From Selaginella moellendorffii (lineage: Eukaryota; Plantae; Lycopodiophyta), in assembly GCF_000143415.4 (NCBI RefSeq), contig NW_003314327.1:919403-983402 (forward strand): a stretch of DNA of 64,000 nt, given 5' to 3'. A program made the translations under genes and the position numbers. Positions 37,340-50,200 of this stretch are shown here, piece after piece (the stretch's first letter is position 1; every line of letters begins with the position of its first letter). Below the pieces are notes generated by a model. That model was not told the origin of the DNA. It worked only from the letters and a program-made list of their open reading frames with translations, and did not search any database.

Positions 37340-38724
37340 ATGCTGCGGCGGGGTGTGGTGTCACTGCTGCGGCGGGCGCGAGGAGGGCAGCAACAGCAGC
37401 AGGGGCTCTCCAATGGGTCGGTTCCTCTCCATCCTCCCCAGGCGAGAGAATTAGGGTTTTGTGGATCTCCCTCTTCATCCTCCTGCTCGCGTCGTAATAT
37501 CACGTACATGCCCAGGCCTGGCGATGGCGCGCCGCGGGCCGTGACGCTCATCCCCGGCGATGGCATCGGCCCGCTCGTCACGGGGGCGGTGGTGGAGGTG
37601 ATGAAGGCACTGCACGCGCCCGTCTACTTCGAGGCGTACGAGGTGACGGGCAAGATGGACAAGGTGCCGCACGAGCTCATGGACTCTATCCGCAAGAACA
37701 AGGTGTGCTTGAAGGGGGGGCTCGCCACGCCCGTGGGCGGAGGCGTCAGCTCCCTCAATGTGCAGCTGCGCAAGGAGCTCGACTTGTTTGCGTCGCTCGT
37801 CCACTGCTTCAATCTCCCCGGCCTCAGGACCCGCCATGACAACGTCAACATTGTTGTGATCCGGGAGAACACCGAGGGGGAGTACGCCGGCCTGGAGCAC
37901 GAGGTCGTCCCGGGTGTTGTCGAGTCTCTCAAGGTACTCCAATTTCTTCTCCTCTGCTTTGCTCGGCCGCTCCAGCTACGTTTCTTCTTGCGCACCAGGT
38001 GATCACGAAGTTTTGCTCCGAACGGATTGCCAAGTACGCGTTTGAGTACGCCTACCTGAACAACAGAAAGACGGTGACGGCGGTGCACAAGGCCAACATC
38101 ATGAAGCTCGCGGATGGCCTGTTTCTGGAGTCGTGCCGCGAGGTGGCCAAGAAGTACCCCGGGATCAAGTACAACGAGATCATCGTCGACAACTGCTGTA
38201 TGCAGCTCGTGTCTCGCCCCGAGCAATTCGACGTCATGGTAACCAGTTGCTCCTTCCATTTCATTGCAGTGTTTTATCATCCACGAACCTGTGCAGGTCA
38301 CTCCCAACCTCTACGGCAACCTTGTGGCCAACACGGCGGCTGGCATTGCGGGTGGCACGGGAGTGATGCCCGGAGGTAACCAAACACACCACCTCTCTTG
38401 CAAGATTTGATTGACAGACGAGCGATTGTCTTGCTCGCAGGCAACGTTGGAGCGGAGCACGCGATATTCGAGCAGGGCGCCTCGGCCGGTAACGTAGGAA
38501 ACGAGAAGCTTGTGCAGCAGAAGACGGCGAATCCCACAGCGCTGCTACTTTCGTCGGCGATGATGCTGCGGCACCTGCAGTTCCCCTCGTTTGCGGACCG
38601 GCTGGAGCAGGCGGTGCTGGGCGTTGTGGAGGATGGCAAGCACCGCACCAAGGACCTCGGCGGGAGCAGCACGACGCAACAGGTGGTGGACGCGGTCATC
38701 GCCAAGCTTGCCGACAACGAGTAA
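37340..38724 (+). CDS. IDH1: Mitochondrial NAD-dependent isocitrate dehydrogenase regulatory subunit
   Basis: Arg-rich presequence; [56 protein letters not shown]. Three introns. Confidence 0.93.
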
Positions 38725-39051
38725 TACTGCCGCTGGGTATGTTGGTGTTCCAAAACTATCACCTAGCTTGCGTAGTCGCGGATCCAGATTCTATTTCTTT
38801 ATTCTTAACCGAGACGAGACGCCGAGATGACCAAGGAATAAAACTCGTGTCTGCGTGTGAGTAGATATTTTTGATGCATGGCTGGACTTGGGATGGACGG
38901 ACGGGCAATTCTTGTATCGTCGTCGAGGCCAGGGGCAACGGACGGAGGGGACGAGGCGTGGTTGCATGGTGGAGTGATTTAAACCTATCTAAATAAGAGG
39001 AAGAAGAGAGAAAGAGGAAGGGAAGGTCGCTCTTAGTTGGCGGTGGTGGGC

Positions 39052-41280
39052 ATGGCGACGGCGGCGGCTGCGGCGGCCTGTGCCGGGACTGGAAGCGGAG
39101 GTGGGGGAGTGTGGCGGCCATTCTCATCCCCATCAGTGTCATCTCGGGTGGTTTTGAGGGCTCCTCGATCTTTTCCTCTCTTTGCCAGCAGCAGTAGCAG
39201 AAGTAGCAGTAGAGCATGGCAAAGGAGCGTGCTGGCTATGGTTGCAAAGTACAAAAAGGATGGGATCTCGAGCGGTGCAGTGGATTGCGGCCTGGCAGAT
39301 CCCGCCGTGAGCGGCACCAGCGGCAGCGATGGAGGCAATGGCGCTGCTGCTCCGTCCCGTGCGACTGGCCTGGCGAGCTCGTTTCCTTCCATTGCTCCCG
39401 GGATCGATGTGGACAGCGTGAGCGAGGCCGAATTGAAGGAGAATGGCTTCCGCAGCACCCGACGCACCAAGCTCATCTGCACGATTGGGCCGGCGTCGTG
39501 TGGCTTTGAGCAGCTGGAAGCTCTGGCTATGGCGGGAATGAACGTGGCGCGGCTCAACATGTGCCACGGCACGAGGGAGTGGCACCGCGGCGTCATCAAG
39601 AGCGTCCGGCAGCTCAACGAGATGAAGGGCTACTCGGTGGCGCTCATGATGGACACCGAAGGCAGCGAGATCCATATGGGCGATCTGGGTGGAGTCACGT
39701 CCCAAAAAGCCGAGGTTGGTTTCTCTTTCTCATTGTTTGTTTCGTGCTTTTCGAGATCAACAGAGTGTGAGCTCGCCGGCCGCAGGATGGCGAGGAATGG
39801 ACTTTCTCGGTCCGGAAGTTCGATGGAGCTCTTCCCGAGGGCACTCTCCAGGTGAACTACGAGGGATTTGCCGAAGGTAAAGAAAGAGGAAGAGAAAAAG
39901 AGTGGTTTTTCATGCGATTGCCGCTGCATGCATACAGACGTGATGGCTGGAGACGAGCTGGTTGTGGACGGAGGGATGGTGAGATTTGAGGTGGTGGACA
40001 AGATTGGACCCGATGTCAAGTGCCGCTGCATCGATCCCGGACTGCTGCTCCCTCGGGCCAACGTTACCTTTTGGAGGAATGGCCGACTGGTTCGTGAGCG
40101 CAATGCCATGCTTCCCACCATCTCTTCCAAGGTCTGCCGCTTGTCGTTTTTTGTCACTCCTCTCCAAGCTTCGCCTCTGGCTCCAGGACTGGCTGGACAT
40201 CGACTTTGGCATCTCCGAGGGCGTGGATTTCATAGCAATCTCCTTCGTCAAGACCGCGGACGTGATCAAGCACCTCAAGAGCTACATTGCGTCGAGGTCG
40301 ACCAACAGGTGCGCGTCATAGCCTTCCCTCACCTGCATAGCCCCTGAGAGTGCCTGTTGTGGCAAGCAGGCAGATCGGTGTGTTTGCCAAGATCGAGAGC
40401 TGCGACTCCCTCAAGAACCTCGAGGACATCATCCGCGTGGCGGATGGAGCCATGGTTGCTCGTGGCGACCTGGGAGCGCAGATACCGCTGGAGCAGGTCC
40501 CGTCGGTCCAGCGCGAGATAGTGACCTTGTGCCGGCAGCTGAACAAGCCCGTCATTGTGGCGTCGCAGCTCCTCGAGTCGATGATCGAGTACCCGACACC
40601 CACCAGGGCCGAGGTAAGCAAGCGACAAGGTAAATGCTGCTCACGGCACGACTGTTGCATGCAAAGGTGGCGGACGTGTCCGAGGCTGTGCGCCAACGAG
40701 CTGACGCGCTGATGCTGTCGGGGGAGTCGGCCATGGGCCAGTTCCCACTCAAGGCCCTGAGCGTGCTCCGGACGGTGAGCCTGCGGATCGAGCGGTGGTG
40801 CCGGGAGCAGAAGCGGCACGAGATGATGCGGCTGCGGGAGTTGTCTCCGCCATCGTCAGACAGGCAGACGGCGGAGCGGGTGTCGGAGCAGATTTGCAAC
40901 TCGGCGTCACACATGGGTGAGAAGCATTCTTGTTTTCTCGTGCGAGCAACGGGCTGACCAGTCTAGTGTCTGTACCAGCCAACAATCTGGGGGTGGACGC
41001 CATCTTCGTCTACACCCGCGACGGTCACATGGCGTCGCTGCTGTCGCGGTGCCGGCCCGACTGCCCCATCTTCGCCTTCACTGACACGACGGCGGTGCGG
41101 CGGAGGCTCAACCTGCAGTGGGGGCTCATCCCCTTCCGCCTCGACCTCTCCACGGACATGGAGGTGAACATCTTGCGCACCTTCTCGCTGCTCAAGGCCC
41201 GCGGCATGATGAACTCGGGCGACCTCGTCATCGCCGTCTCCGACATGCTGCAGTCGATCCAGATCCGGAAAATCCCCTGA
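39052..41280 (+). CDS. PKP1: Plastidial pyruvate kinase (alpha/PKp1 type)
   Basis: Transit peptide; [51 protein letters not shown]. Confidence 0.93.
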
Positions 41281-41523
41281 GAGGCATTTTTTTGTTCTTT
41301 GAAATCGTCGCGGCGCTTTTTGCTTCCCCGGTTTTGGATTGCTCACATATATCACGCGAGCTTTTTGAGCGAGCTAGCTAGCTACGTTTTACTTTTCTGT
41401 CGCTCCCAGAGGAGAAGATCACAAGAATAAATTTCCTTCCCTGTCATATATCATGTGTAGAACAGCAGAGGCAAAGGAGGCAAACGAGTTTAGCTACAGC
41501 TTGGAAAACACGAGATACATTGT

Positions 41524-42015
41524 CTAGTCCTTCTTGGCCTGCTTGTTGATGAGCGATTTGTGAATGTGGGGGATGACGCCGCCGCCGGCGATGGTGCCTT
41601 TGATCAAGGTGTCGAGCTCCTCATCCCCTCTAATAGCCAGCTGCAAGTGCCGCGGAGTGATGCGCTTCACCTTGAGATCTTTGCTCGCATTCCCCGCCAG
41701 CTCCAGCACCTCGGCGGTGAGATACTCGAGGATCGCCGCCGAGTAGACGGCCGCGGTGCCTCCCACCCTTCCGTTGGCAGTGACGCGGGACTTGAGCAAG
41801 CGGTGGATCCGACCCACTGGGAACTGCACACAAACACCCGCCACTCATCTCAGTACCCAGCAACCTCTGTTTGGGGCACAAAGACGAACCTGTAGCCCAG
41901 CTCGAGACGATTTGGACAAGGGCTTCTTCTTGTCCTTGTCCGCAGCTGTGGACACCGCCGAGGGTCTGTTGCCCAGCAGCCCCTTTGCGCCCTTGCCCCC
42001 TCCTTGCACCACCAT
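41524..42015 (-). CDS. H2A.Z: Histone H2A.Z variant, 141 aa
   Basis: Exons 42015-41890 and 41823-41524; SSRAGLQ|[56 protein letters not shown]. Confidence 0.97.
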
Positions 42016-42106
42016 CGCTGCCTGCTTCTCCCCAGCACCACACAGCCCAACAAAGAACAGCGTGAGTGTGTGCCTCCCCCTGGGCCCTGGCTATGGAGCA
42101 CGAGAG

Positions 42107-42130
42107 CTCTCTCTCTCTCTCTCTCTCTCT
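42107..42130. repeat. (CT)12 microsatellite upstream of H2A.Z
   Basis: Directly visible; a GA/CT tract in a 5' region (possible BBR/BPC site). Confidence 0.95.
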
Positions 42131-42178
42131 TTTTTAGGTCACAAAGCAAGGCCTACAGTGTGGATTTTGAAATTGCTA

Positions 42179-43774
42179 TCACGGATCGCCACGTGTGCGG
42201 CCGCGATGGCGTGCGCAGGCTAGGGCAACAGCCACGATCGTCTCCTCCACTAGTCTCCTCAAGATGATGCACTCCACTCTTGCCGCCACCTCCTTCGTCT
42301 CCGCGCCAATTCCCACTGACCACCGCCGATCCATCGCCGTGACGATCGCGCTCCCATTGTCTTCCTCGTCCCCGCATTGGTGGGGCACGGGCCTTCGGGA
42401 TGCTGCCGCTGCTGGTTCGTCCGCCCACAGAGCTCTTACCACTGCGCCTCTCTTGCGATTGCTCTCTCGCTCTCTTTGACAATCTGACAGGAACGTACTG
42501 TCAGCTATGAACTGTGTAAGATCCTTCGCGTTACCTGGATCGTCTTCGCTCGAGTCGTTGTGCGAGTTGTCCAGGACCGACACTGGGCTCGGCTGCTCGC
42601 TCTCGGCAACGCCATTGAGTGACACGATCTTCCCCTGCTGCAAATCTCTTATGTGAGGTGTTTGGAAACAGCTTTCGCGGATGATATCGTCAATCTCCTC
42701 TTTCGCCCTCGTGACGAGGTTGGCCTTCTTCATGGTCTTGCTGCGCGGTGGCGACGATGGGTCGCACAATCTGGCTCTCGCATACTTTGTCACTGGATCA
42801 CGCTCCATGCTCCTCATGTCCAGTTCCATGTCGTAGGGAGGACGGTAAACTGGAGTTCCTCCGTCCGAAACACTTCGCCGGTGGTGGTGTTGTTGGAATC
42901 GAGGCGTTGTACTCTCCATCACGGCCCTGTCCCGGTGATGGTGATGATGAATGTGATCGTATCCCATCGAGTTCGCCATGGTGTGATCCACGGACCTGGA
43001 TCGAGCGTGCCGGTAGGACGATCTGGTCCTGTCGCTTGGATCGTCTCGCCTCGTGCAAGCGCCATAGACATCGTGCCTGTTGCTAGTCGCAGCGATGGCG
43101 GCCGAGGTACTGTTGCTGAGGTAGAGGAGCTTCTTCTTGAGCTGCATCACGGCCTCGATGCGTTCTAGAGCCTGGTCACACTGTCTCAGGTGGTTCTCCA
43201 TCTCATCCAGAAAACCTTGAGGATAAGTAGGCTCCATCGGATTCCTGGAATCTTTCATCTTCATCAGTGGATAAGGAGATGCTGGCGAGGAAGAAGAATA
43301 GGAAGTCCCGAGCCCCATGAGCCGGGCAATGACATTGGACGTGGGCGAGCTGCATGAGCTATGGATGGCGCTCGTGGATCCGGATCGCGCCCTGTGGAAA
43401 TGACCACTTGCCTGGAGTGGAGCTGCGTGATCGTCCGCAGCGTCGAGACTGCTAGTCCAGTAGGATGTGGAGGAGGAGGTGGAGTGTCTGGATGAGGTGC
43501 TGCTCAACAAGAGATCCTCTCTGTAGCTGGCGACCCCTGGAGCGTCCACGGAATGCCGGGCTGCCTGCTTCAGCTCACCGGGGAGAGGCTCCGCGAGCTT
43601 GGCCAGGACGCGCTCCTTGATGGACGCGTCCGAATGAGCAGCAGCCAATCTTGGCTCCGCCCCGCTCTTCTTCTCCCTTGCCTTTCTCCCGCTGCTCGTT
43701 GCTCTGGCCAGCATACTCCACCATGACCTGCGTGCTTCTTGGCCATCCCTCGCCTTCATCTCCGTGCGCGGCAT
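42179..43774 (-). CDS. TON1-recruiting motif (TRM/LONGIFOLIA) family protein
   Basis: M1 motif SNVIARLMGL, M3 motif EQPSPVSVLD, and C-terminal M2/DUF4378-like EVAARVECIILRRLVEETI. Probable in-frame 51-nt intron at 42484-42534. Confidence 0.85.
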   Translation of the reverse strand: MPRTEMKARDGQEARRSWWSMLARATSSGRKAREKKSGAEPRLAAAHSDASIKERVLAKLAEPLPGELKQAARHSVDAPGVASYREDLLLSSTSSRHSTSSSTSYWTSSLDAADDHAAPLQASGHFHRARSGSTSAIHSSCSSPTSNVIARLMGLGTSYSSSSPASPYPLMKMKDSRNPMEPTYPQGFLDEMENHLRQCDQALERIEAVMQLKKKLLYLSNSTSAAIAATSNRHDVYGACTRRDDPSDRTRSSYRHARSRSVDHTMANSMGYDHIHHHHHRDRAVMESTTPRFQQHHHRRSVSDGGTPVYRPPYDMELDMRSMERDPVTKYARARLCDPSSPPRSKTMKKANLVTRAKEEIDDIIRESCFQTPHIRDLQQGKIVSLNGVAESEQPSPVSVLDNSHNDSSEDDPGNAKDLTQFIADSTFLSDCQRERESNRKRGAVVRALWADEPAAAASRRPVPHQCGDEEDNGSAIVTAMDRRWSVGIGAETKEVAARVECIILRRLVEETIVAVALACARHRGRTRGDP

Positions 43775-44261
43775 ATCCCACTTCCTCCTTAGATTCTACT
43801 AGGGAGAGGTGGAGTGGAGAGATGCAAGCACAGAATTGCTTCAAGCACGGATGCAGATCCCGTGTCTACATGTCCGGTTGGGGACAGGCTGCTACACTGT
43901 ACTAGAGTGCGCCCAGCTTTATCAGGAAAAGCAAAGAAAAAGAAGGAAGAGCTGGGTTACATAATACATTTCTTATCGCCTATCCAGGTATGAGAGCAAC
44001 CAACCAACGGCATGCTAACCATCATCTGGCAGCTATTGTATTGCGAATAGAATAATCATCTGTTATATCAAACGAATATTGTATTGCTCGCAGCAAGACA
44101 ACAAACTGCCTAGGTAGAGGAATGTTTTTATAATTTTCATCTCCCAAGCTGCCATTGTTGTTGGCTTAAAACCATGCATTTTATTTCCCCTAGAGGAAAC
44201 TAAAGGTGGTTGAGGGTTAGGGGAGGGGCGCCAAGTTCCAGAGGGGAAGGAGCGAGCGCCC

Positions 44262-47200
44262 ATGGCGTCGGGCGGCGGCGACGCAGCTAAGAATGCGCGG
44301 AAGCACCGCATCTCGTCGGCGACGGCGGAGCGCATGGAGGATCTCATGGAGGCGGTGCAGAAGGCGAATCGCGCGGCGGGCGGATGGCAGTCGTCCAAAT
44401 CCAAGGCGGCTCAGATGCTGTCGCCGCGGACGCCCGACGCCACACCTCCGCCGGTCCACAAAGGCAAGAACAAGCTTGTGGTGAGCGAGGAGGAGGAGGA
44501 GCAAGGGGGCGAGCGGAGCACCTGGCTGGGGAGGTATGGGGTGTGGCGTCCAGAGGACTCGGTTGTCAAGCAGGAGCCCGGGGGTTTGTATCAATTGCCA
44601 CAGGTTGACGAGCTCGAGGCTGCGTATCGGCTGCCCATCAAGCGGCCCCGAGCCAGGGAAGACAATGCCGGGGGTGCCATCATGTTCCAAGAGCACGGCT
44701 TTGCTCCCAAGGGTGTCAAAGAGATCGTCCCGCAGAAATGTATCGTCCAGGATGGCGCTTCCGTTCAGGGGGAGCTCCCGGACCGGGGGGCGTGGAACGA
44801 GGTGCTCGTCAAGGGGAAAGTTGGGACCAAGCGTGTCTTGACGGGACAGAGCTCCGGCTCGAGAAAGTTGCCGCACACTGAGGTTGAGGCGCAGAAGATC
44901 CTCGTCCAGGCCGGCCTCTCCGATGATGCCTCCACGGCCGGCGATCCAGAGCTTGCGCACATCACCAACGGGGACGAGGCTATCAAGTTCTTTGCGGAGC
45001 GGGAGGAGTCCAAGCCGGCTAAGTTCCTCTACTGCAACCGTGTCGAGTCTGGCAAGGTTTTCCGGCCATACGACCTGGATGTTGTTCCGCGGAACAAGGT
45101 TGGCAAGGCCGAGTATTTTACCATCTCCACGTACGGGATGATCCACATCGAGATCACGCCAGGTTTGACGATTCCACAAACACAAGGTGAGAAGAAATGA
45201 CATGGTTTGGGGAAAATGACCATGCTTACGTTTGTTTGTGTGTGTGTGTGTCCGCAATGGATGCAGGTGGTCAGAAAGAGTGCACGTTTATTGCTCACGA
45301 GGAATGGCTTCGCGAGAAGTCTATTTTCTCGTCACTCTGCAGGATTAAGTTCTTCGGAAAGTATCTGATCTACAAGTCTTTCACGATCTGGCGCAAGCAC
45401 ATCGGCCAGAGCAACTTCGCGCGGATAAGAAACTCCCTCATGTCCAGGATATTTGTGGCCAAGCCTGGCTTCCTGGCGGCTATGGTGCAGATTTACGGAT
45501 ACGTTTACGAGCTCACCGGGTTGGCTATGCTGCACCTTATTCCAAACCACCTGCATACCGTAGAAGAGTTTCTCGATCTCCAGTTTCAACAGAGGATCCA
45601 CAAGTCGATGCCGTCTGTGGAGAACATCTCAGAAAGGATTCAGCAGGTACTTGGCAAGCTTTGCCAAGAGGTTAAGAAGCAGGCACAAATATTTCGGGTA
45701 AGCCAGCTTGAAAGGTCGATCTTGTATCACTCTACTGTTTTGTTTGTTATCTTTAACGCAGGAAAGTGTTCGGGACGAGGCCGAGCTAGATGATGTAGTG
45801 GGGGTTAATTTGCATCAATCCCGTGCCAATAAAGCTCAGAGCATGGTGAGCATCAAACACGAAAAGATTGAGAGGGCTAAGACATATCGTCGTGTTATAG
45901 CTGAAGAGAAACTTCTTGGCAACTTTATCCGTCTCATTGATTACATGCTAGTTGAAGGCCTCATTGCTCGTACTATCAACACAACTGACGAATTGCTGGC
46001 TCTTTTAGAAGCAACGAGAGCAACCAACACGGAGAAGGCATCCAAGGGAGTGTTCCTGAGCACTGTGTCGTTCGCGGAGTCCATGATGACCTTCAACCCC
46101 GACGAGGCAAACATTTTAAGCGTAAGTGGTTTCCATCTCGTCATTCAATGCCTGACATGTTTCCGTTATTGGTGCAGGTCCTCAACACTGTCATTGAGGG
46201 CGTAATTCAGATCGTTCAACAAGCACCTCGGATATTGTACATGAGAGTCTTTTCGTCCTTTTTTGAAGTCAAGTACCAGGGACTGAATCCTGTCGGCCTT
46301 ATCAGAGAGACTAAACGGTTCTGTTCGCTGCGGAGTAGAATAGACCAGGTCGTTAAAAACGACTTCCAAGAGGCTAGAAGGTACGCACAAGTAAGTTGAT
46401 TGCGGCATTTTCTGTTTGCTCCAACTGAGCCGTCTTCGTCTTGTCTTCAGATGTTCGAGGAGTATCGAGATCTGCATCTGTTTGGGCAATGCTGGGATCC
46501 AGAGGCTTATGCATCGGAGAAACGGACAGTTCGTCAATTTAGAGACGAATTGGCTCAACAGAGGGAGTGGAGAATTGAGCTGGAGCGAATGCGTATCGGA
46601 TGGTGAGTTGGGACGTTGAGAATGCTGGATCCTTAGATACTGACTCATACTCCTTGAATGTAGTGTGATTGGAGTACTTCATATAGACTCTAAGTCTCTG
46701 AGAAACTCGCTTTTACCCGTGACCACACGAACGCTGGACGCCATCAAGGGTCTCCTGCTTATTGCAGCAAGGGAAGAGACTATTAAAGTCTTAGCTCATT
46801 TTCAGGAGAAAGTGAAAGCCCTTGAAGTTCGGCCCGACGAGCTGGATGGTTTTGTGGCTTTTATCAGGGTATGTATGTCAGCTGATTAGGAAGTGAAAAA
46901 GAAGCGATCTGATATGCTTGTCTTTACAGGTGTTCGATGCAACAATGGAAAAGAAAAAAGCATCGCTTGCTGAAGCAACCATTGTTGACGAAATGTACTC
47001 TCTTTTGGCGGGTTATGAAGTCAAAGTCCCAACAGATGACCAGATCAAGCTAGACGATCTACACGAGATAGTCCAGAAGTATGGTGACTCGATCGAGGCA
47101 GCCACCATCTATATTGAAGAAAATAGGACGGACATGATGGCCGACCTTGATTCAAAGGCAAATTCACTCAACGAGGAGCTGGTTGCGATTTTAGGCATGC

Positions 47201-50200
47201 TTCACCAGGAGAGGTTTTTGAGATCAGAGTCCGATCCATTTGAGATTGTGACGGAGATGGAACAAATATGGGACAGAATGGTGGAAATACGTGATACACT
47301 GGAGATTTATAAAGATTATCAGAAGCTCTTCCAGGTGAGGTGTTATTGGTGGCAACGGCCGCTAATCTACTGTTATAAATGTTTCAGATGGACATGGAAG
47401 ACATGAGCAACTTCCTCATGACGGAGAAAGAATACAACTTGAGATATGGAGTGTGGAAGGCCCTCCGCGACTGGCTAGTGATGGTTAAGCAATGGCGGGA
47501 GGGTCCGGTGGCAAGCTTAAAAGCACCAGAAGTCCAGGGAAAAACAGATGAATACGCGAAAGAGGCATACAAGATGGGAAAAGCAAACAAAGAGGATACG
47601 GTGGTTTTCAGGCTGAAGGATGCGATTGACGATTTTAAGCAGGTGACTCCTTACAAACTTTTACGGTGCTCGTCTAACATGTGTATGTCTTCCTGCTGTA
47701 GTTGCTACCCTTGATAGAGGAGCTGGCAAATCCCGCTTTGAAAGATCGCCATTGGACTCAAATCTTCAAACAAGTTGGGCAGGAGTACAAGGACGGACTT
47801 GTTTTCTCGATAAACGACATGCTTGACTACAAAATCATGGATAAAATCGAAGAGGTAAAAGGTTGTGTGACAACAGCGTTTAAACCTTGGTCCTGTAGGT
47901 TCGTGTCATTGGAGGGGTTGCAAGCAAAGAGTTTTCGTTCCAGAGAACATTGGACAAGATGGAAAAAGATTGGGAAGGTGTCGAGTTTATTGTTCTTCCA
48001 TACAAGGACTCTGGAACTTTTATCCTTGGAGGACTTGATGACATACAAACTATTCTGGATGATCAACTCGTGAAGATTATGTCCATGTGTGCTTCTCCGT
48101 TCATTAAGATTTTTGAAGGCAGGGCTGTAAGGTGGAAGACGCTTATGATTAACATGCAGGTAATCCTCCTACTCTTTTATTTGATGAGATCTTACTGTGT
48201 TCATAACAGGACCTTCTTGATAACTGGGTAGAGTGTCAAGCAACTTGGCAGTATCTTGGGCCTATCTTTGGGTCCAAGGATATCATGAGGCAGATGCCCG
48301 AAGAAGGAGAAAAATTTCAGACGGTAGATGCAACCTGGCGAGATGTTATGAAGAGAACGGTTGCCACTCCAGGCTGCATTGAAACTGCAGTTGATGTGGA
48401 ACGATTGGAGAAACTGAAAGAAGCAAACAGGCTGCTCGAGATTATCAATAAGGGACTGGCGTCATATCTCGAGGTTCTGTCTCTCTCTCTCTTTGTTGAC
48501 GTGCATGAGCGCTTTAACGTAAAGTCTACAGGTAAAACGGGTGGCATTCCCCCGCTTCTTCTTTCTTTCAAACGACGAAATGCTTGAGATTCTCTCCGAG
48601 ACTAAGGATCCACTTCGAGTGCAACCACATCTTAAAAAGTGTTTCGAAGGGATTGACACACTTCGATTTGAGCACAATATGGATGTCACGGGAATGATTT
48701 CTGCAGAGGGTGAAGTAGTTCCTCTTGTCGAAAAGTTCAATCCTAAGGCTGCGCAAGGGGCCGTAGAGAAATGGTTGTTACAGGTAAGGCGATTCCGTGT
48801 TTCTTATTTGTCAAATTCCTTACCCCTCCTTTTTGGGGAACTCAGGTCGAGGAAGGAATGCTACAGTCCCTTCAGGAACAATGCTCAAGCTCAGTTATCG
48901 CATACGCGGAAACGGTAAGGGAAAAATGGGTTCTTGAGTGGCCCGGACAGATAGTTCTTGTGGTTAGTGCCATCTATTGGACAACAATGGTTACCGAGAG
49001 CATTCTAGCAGGAGGCAATGCTGTGAGAGAATGTGAAAAGGCTTGCACAGAGCAGCTTGGTCGAATCGTTAACCTGGTCAGAGGAAATTTAACAAGGCTC
49101 AACCGTGCAACGCTCAGCGCGCTCGTGGTGATGGACGTTCATGCTCGAGATGTCGTCACCATTCTAGCCAACGCAAAGGTCGAGAAGGAGACGGACTTTT
49201 TGTGGCAAAGCCAGCTGAGGATATACTGGGAAAAGGACACTTGCTTCGTGCGGATGATGAACGCTGGTGTGGAGTATGGCTACGAGTATCTGGGAAACTC
49301 CAGCCGGCTAGTTATCACTCCTCTAACCGACCGGTGCTACCGGACTTTAATGGGCGCGATACATCTGAATATGGGTGGGGCTCCAGAAGGTCCTGCAGGA
49401 ACCGGAAAGACAGAGACAACAAAGGATTTGGCAAAGGTTTGAAGGTTTCATTCTCGTGTTAAATCCGGTTTTTGACATATGCAACATTTTCCAGGCACTT
49501 GCAAGGCAATGCGTGGTGTTCAATTGCAGTGACAGTTTGGACTACCTGGCCATGGCTAAGTTTTTCAAAGGTCTTGCTGCTGCCGGTGCATGGGCTTGTT
49601 TTGACGAGTTCAATCGTATTGATTTGGAAGTCTTGTCCGTCGTCGCGCAACAGGTTGGTCTGCACGACGTTTTTCTATTCGCGACTAAGTTCCCACATGC
49701 AGGTTCTCGAAGTTCAACTTGCCGTGCAGAACAAAGTGAAAACTTTTGTATTCGAGGGAACTGAGCTTACTCTGAAGCCTACCTGTAATGTGTTCATCAC
49801 AATGAATCCTGGATATGCTGGTAGAAGCGAGCTGCCGGATAATCTCAAGGCCCTTTTCCGGACGGTGGCGATGATGGTTCCTGATTACGCTATGATAAGC
49901 GAGATTATGCTCTACAGTAGCGGCTATTTGCTAGTAAGGGCCATTTACTAGACACTAAAAGCACAACTTATTTCTTTTTCCAGGCAAGGGATTGTGCCAG
50001 AAAAATTGTCGCGACGTATCGACTTTGCAGCGAGCAGTTGTCGAGTCAGGACCATTATGACTACGGTATGAGAGCAGTGATGGCGGTGCTTCGCGCTGCT
50101 TCGAACCTGAAGCAACGTTACCCTGATGAAGAAGAGTTTATACTGATGCTCCGATCTATCATCGACGTGAACTTGTGCAAATTCCTTTCCCAGGACGTTC

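Noticed and set aside
17703-41280. KASI, PKp1 and IDH as a metabolic gene cluster
   Set aside because: KASI is about 18 kb from IDH/PKp1 with unrelated genes between, the enzymes act in different compartments, and I found no AW-box.
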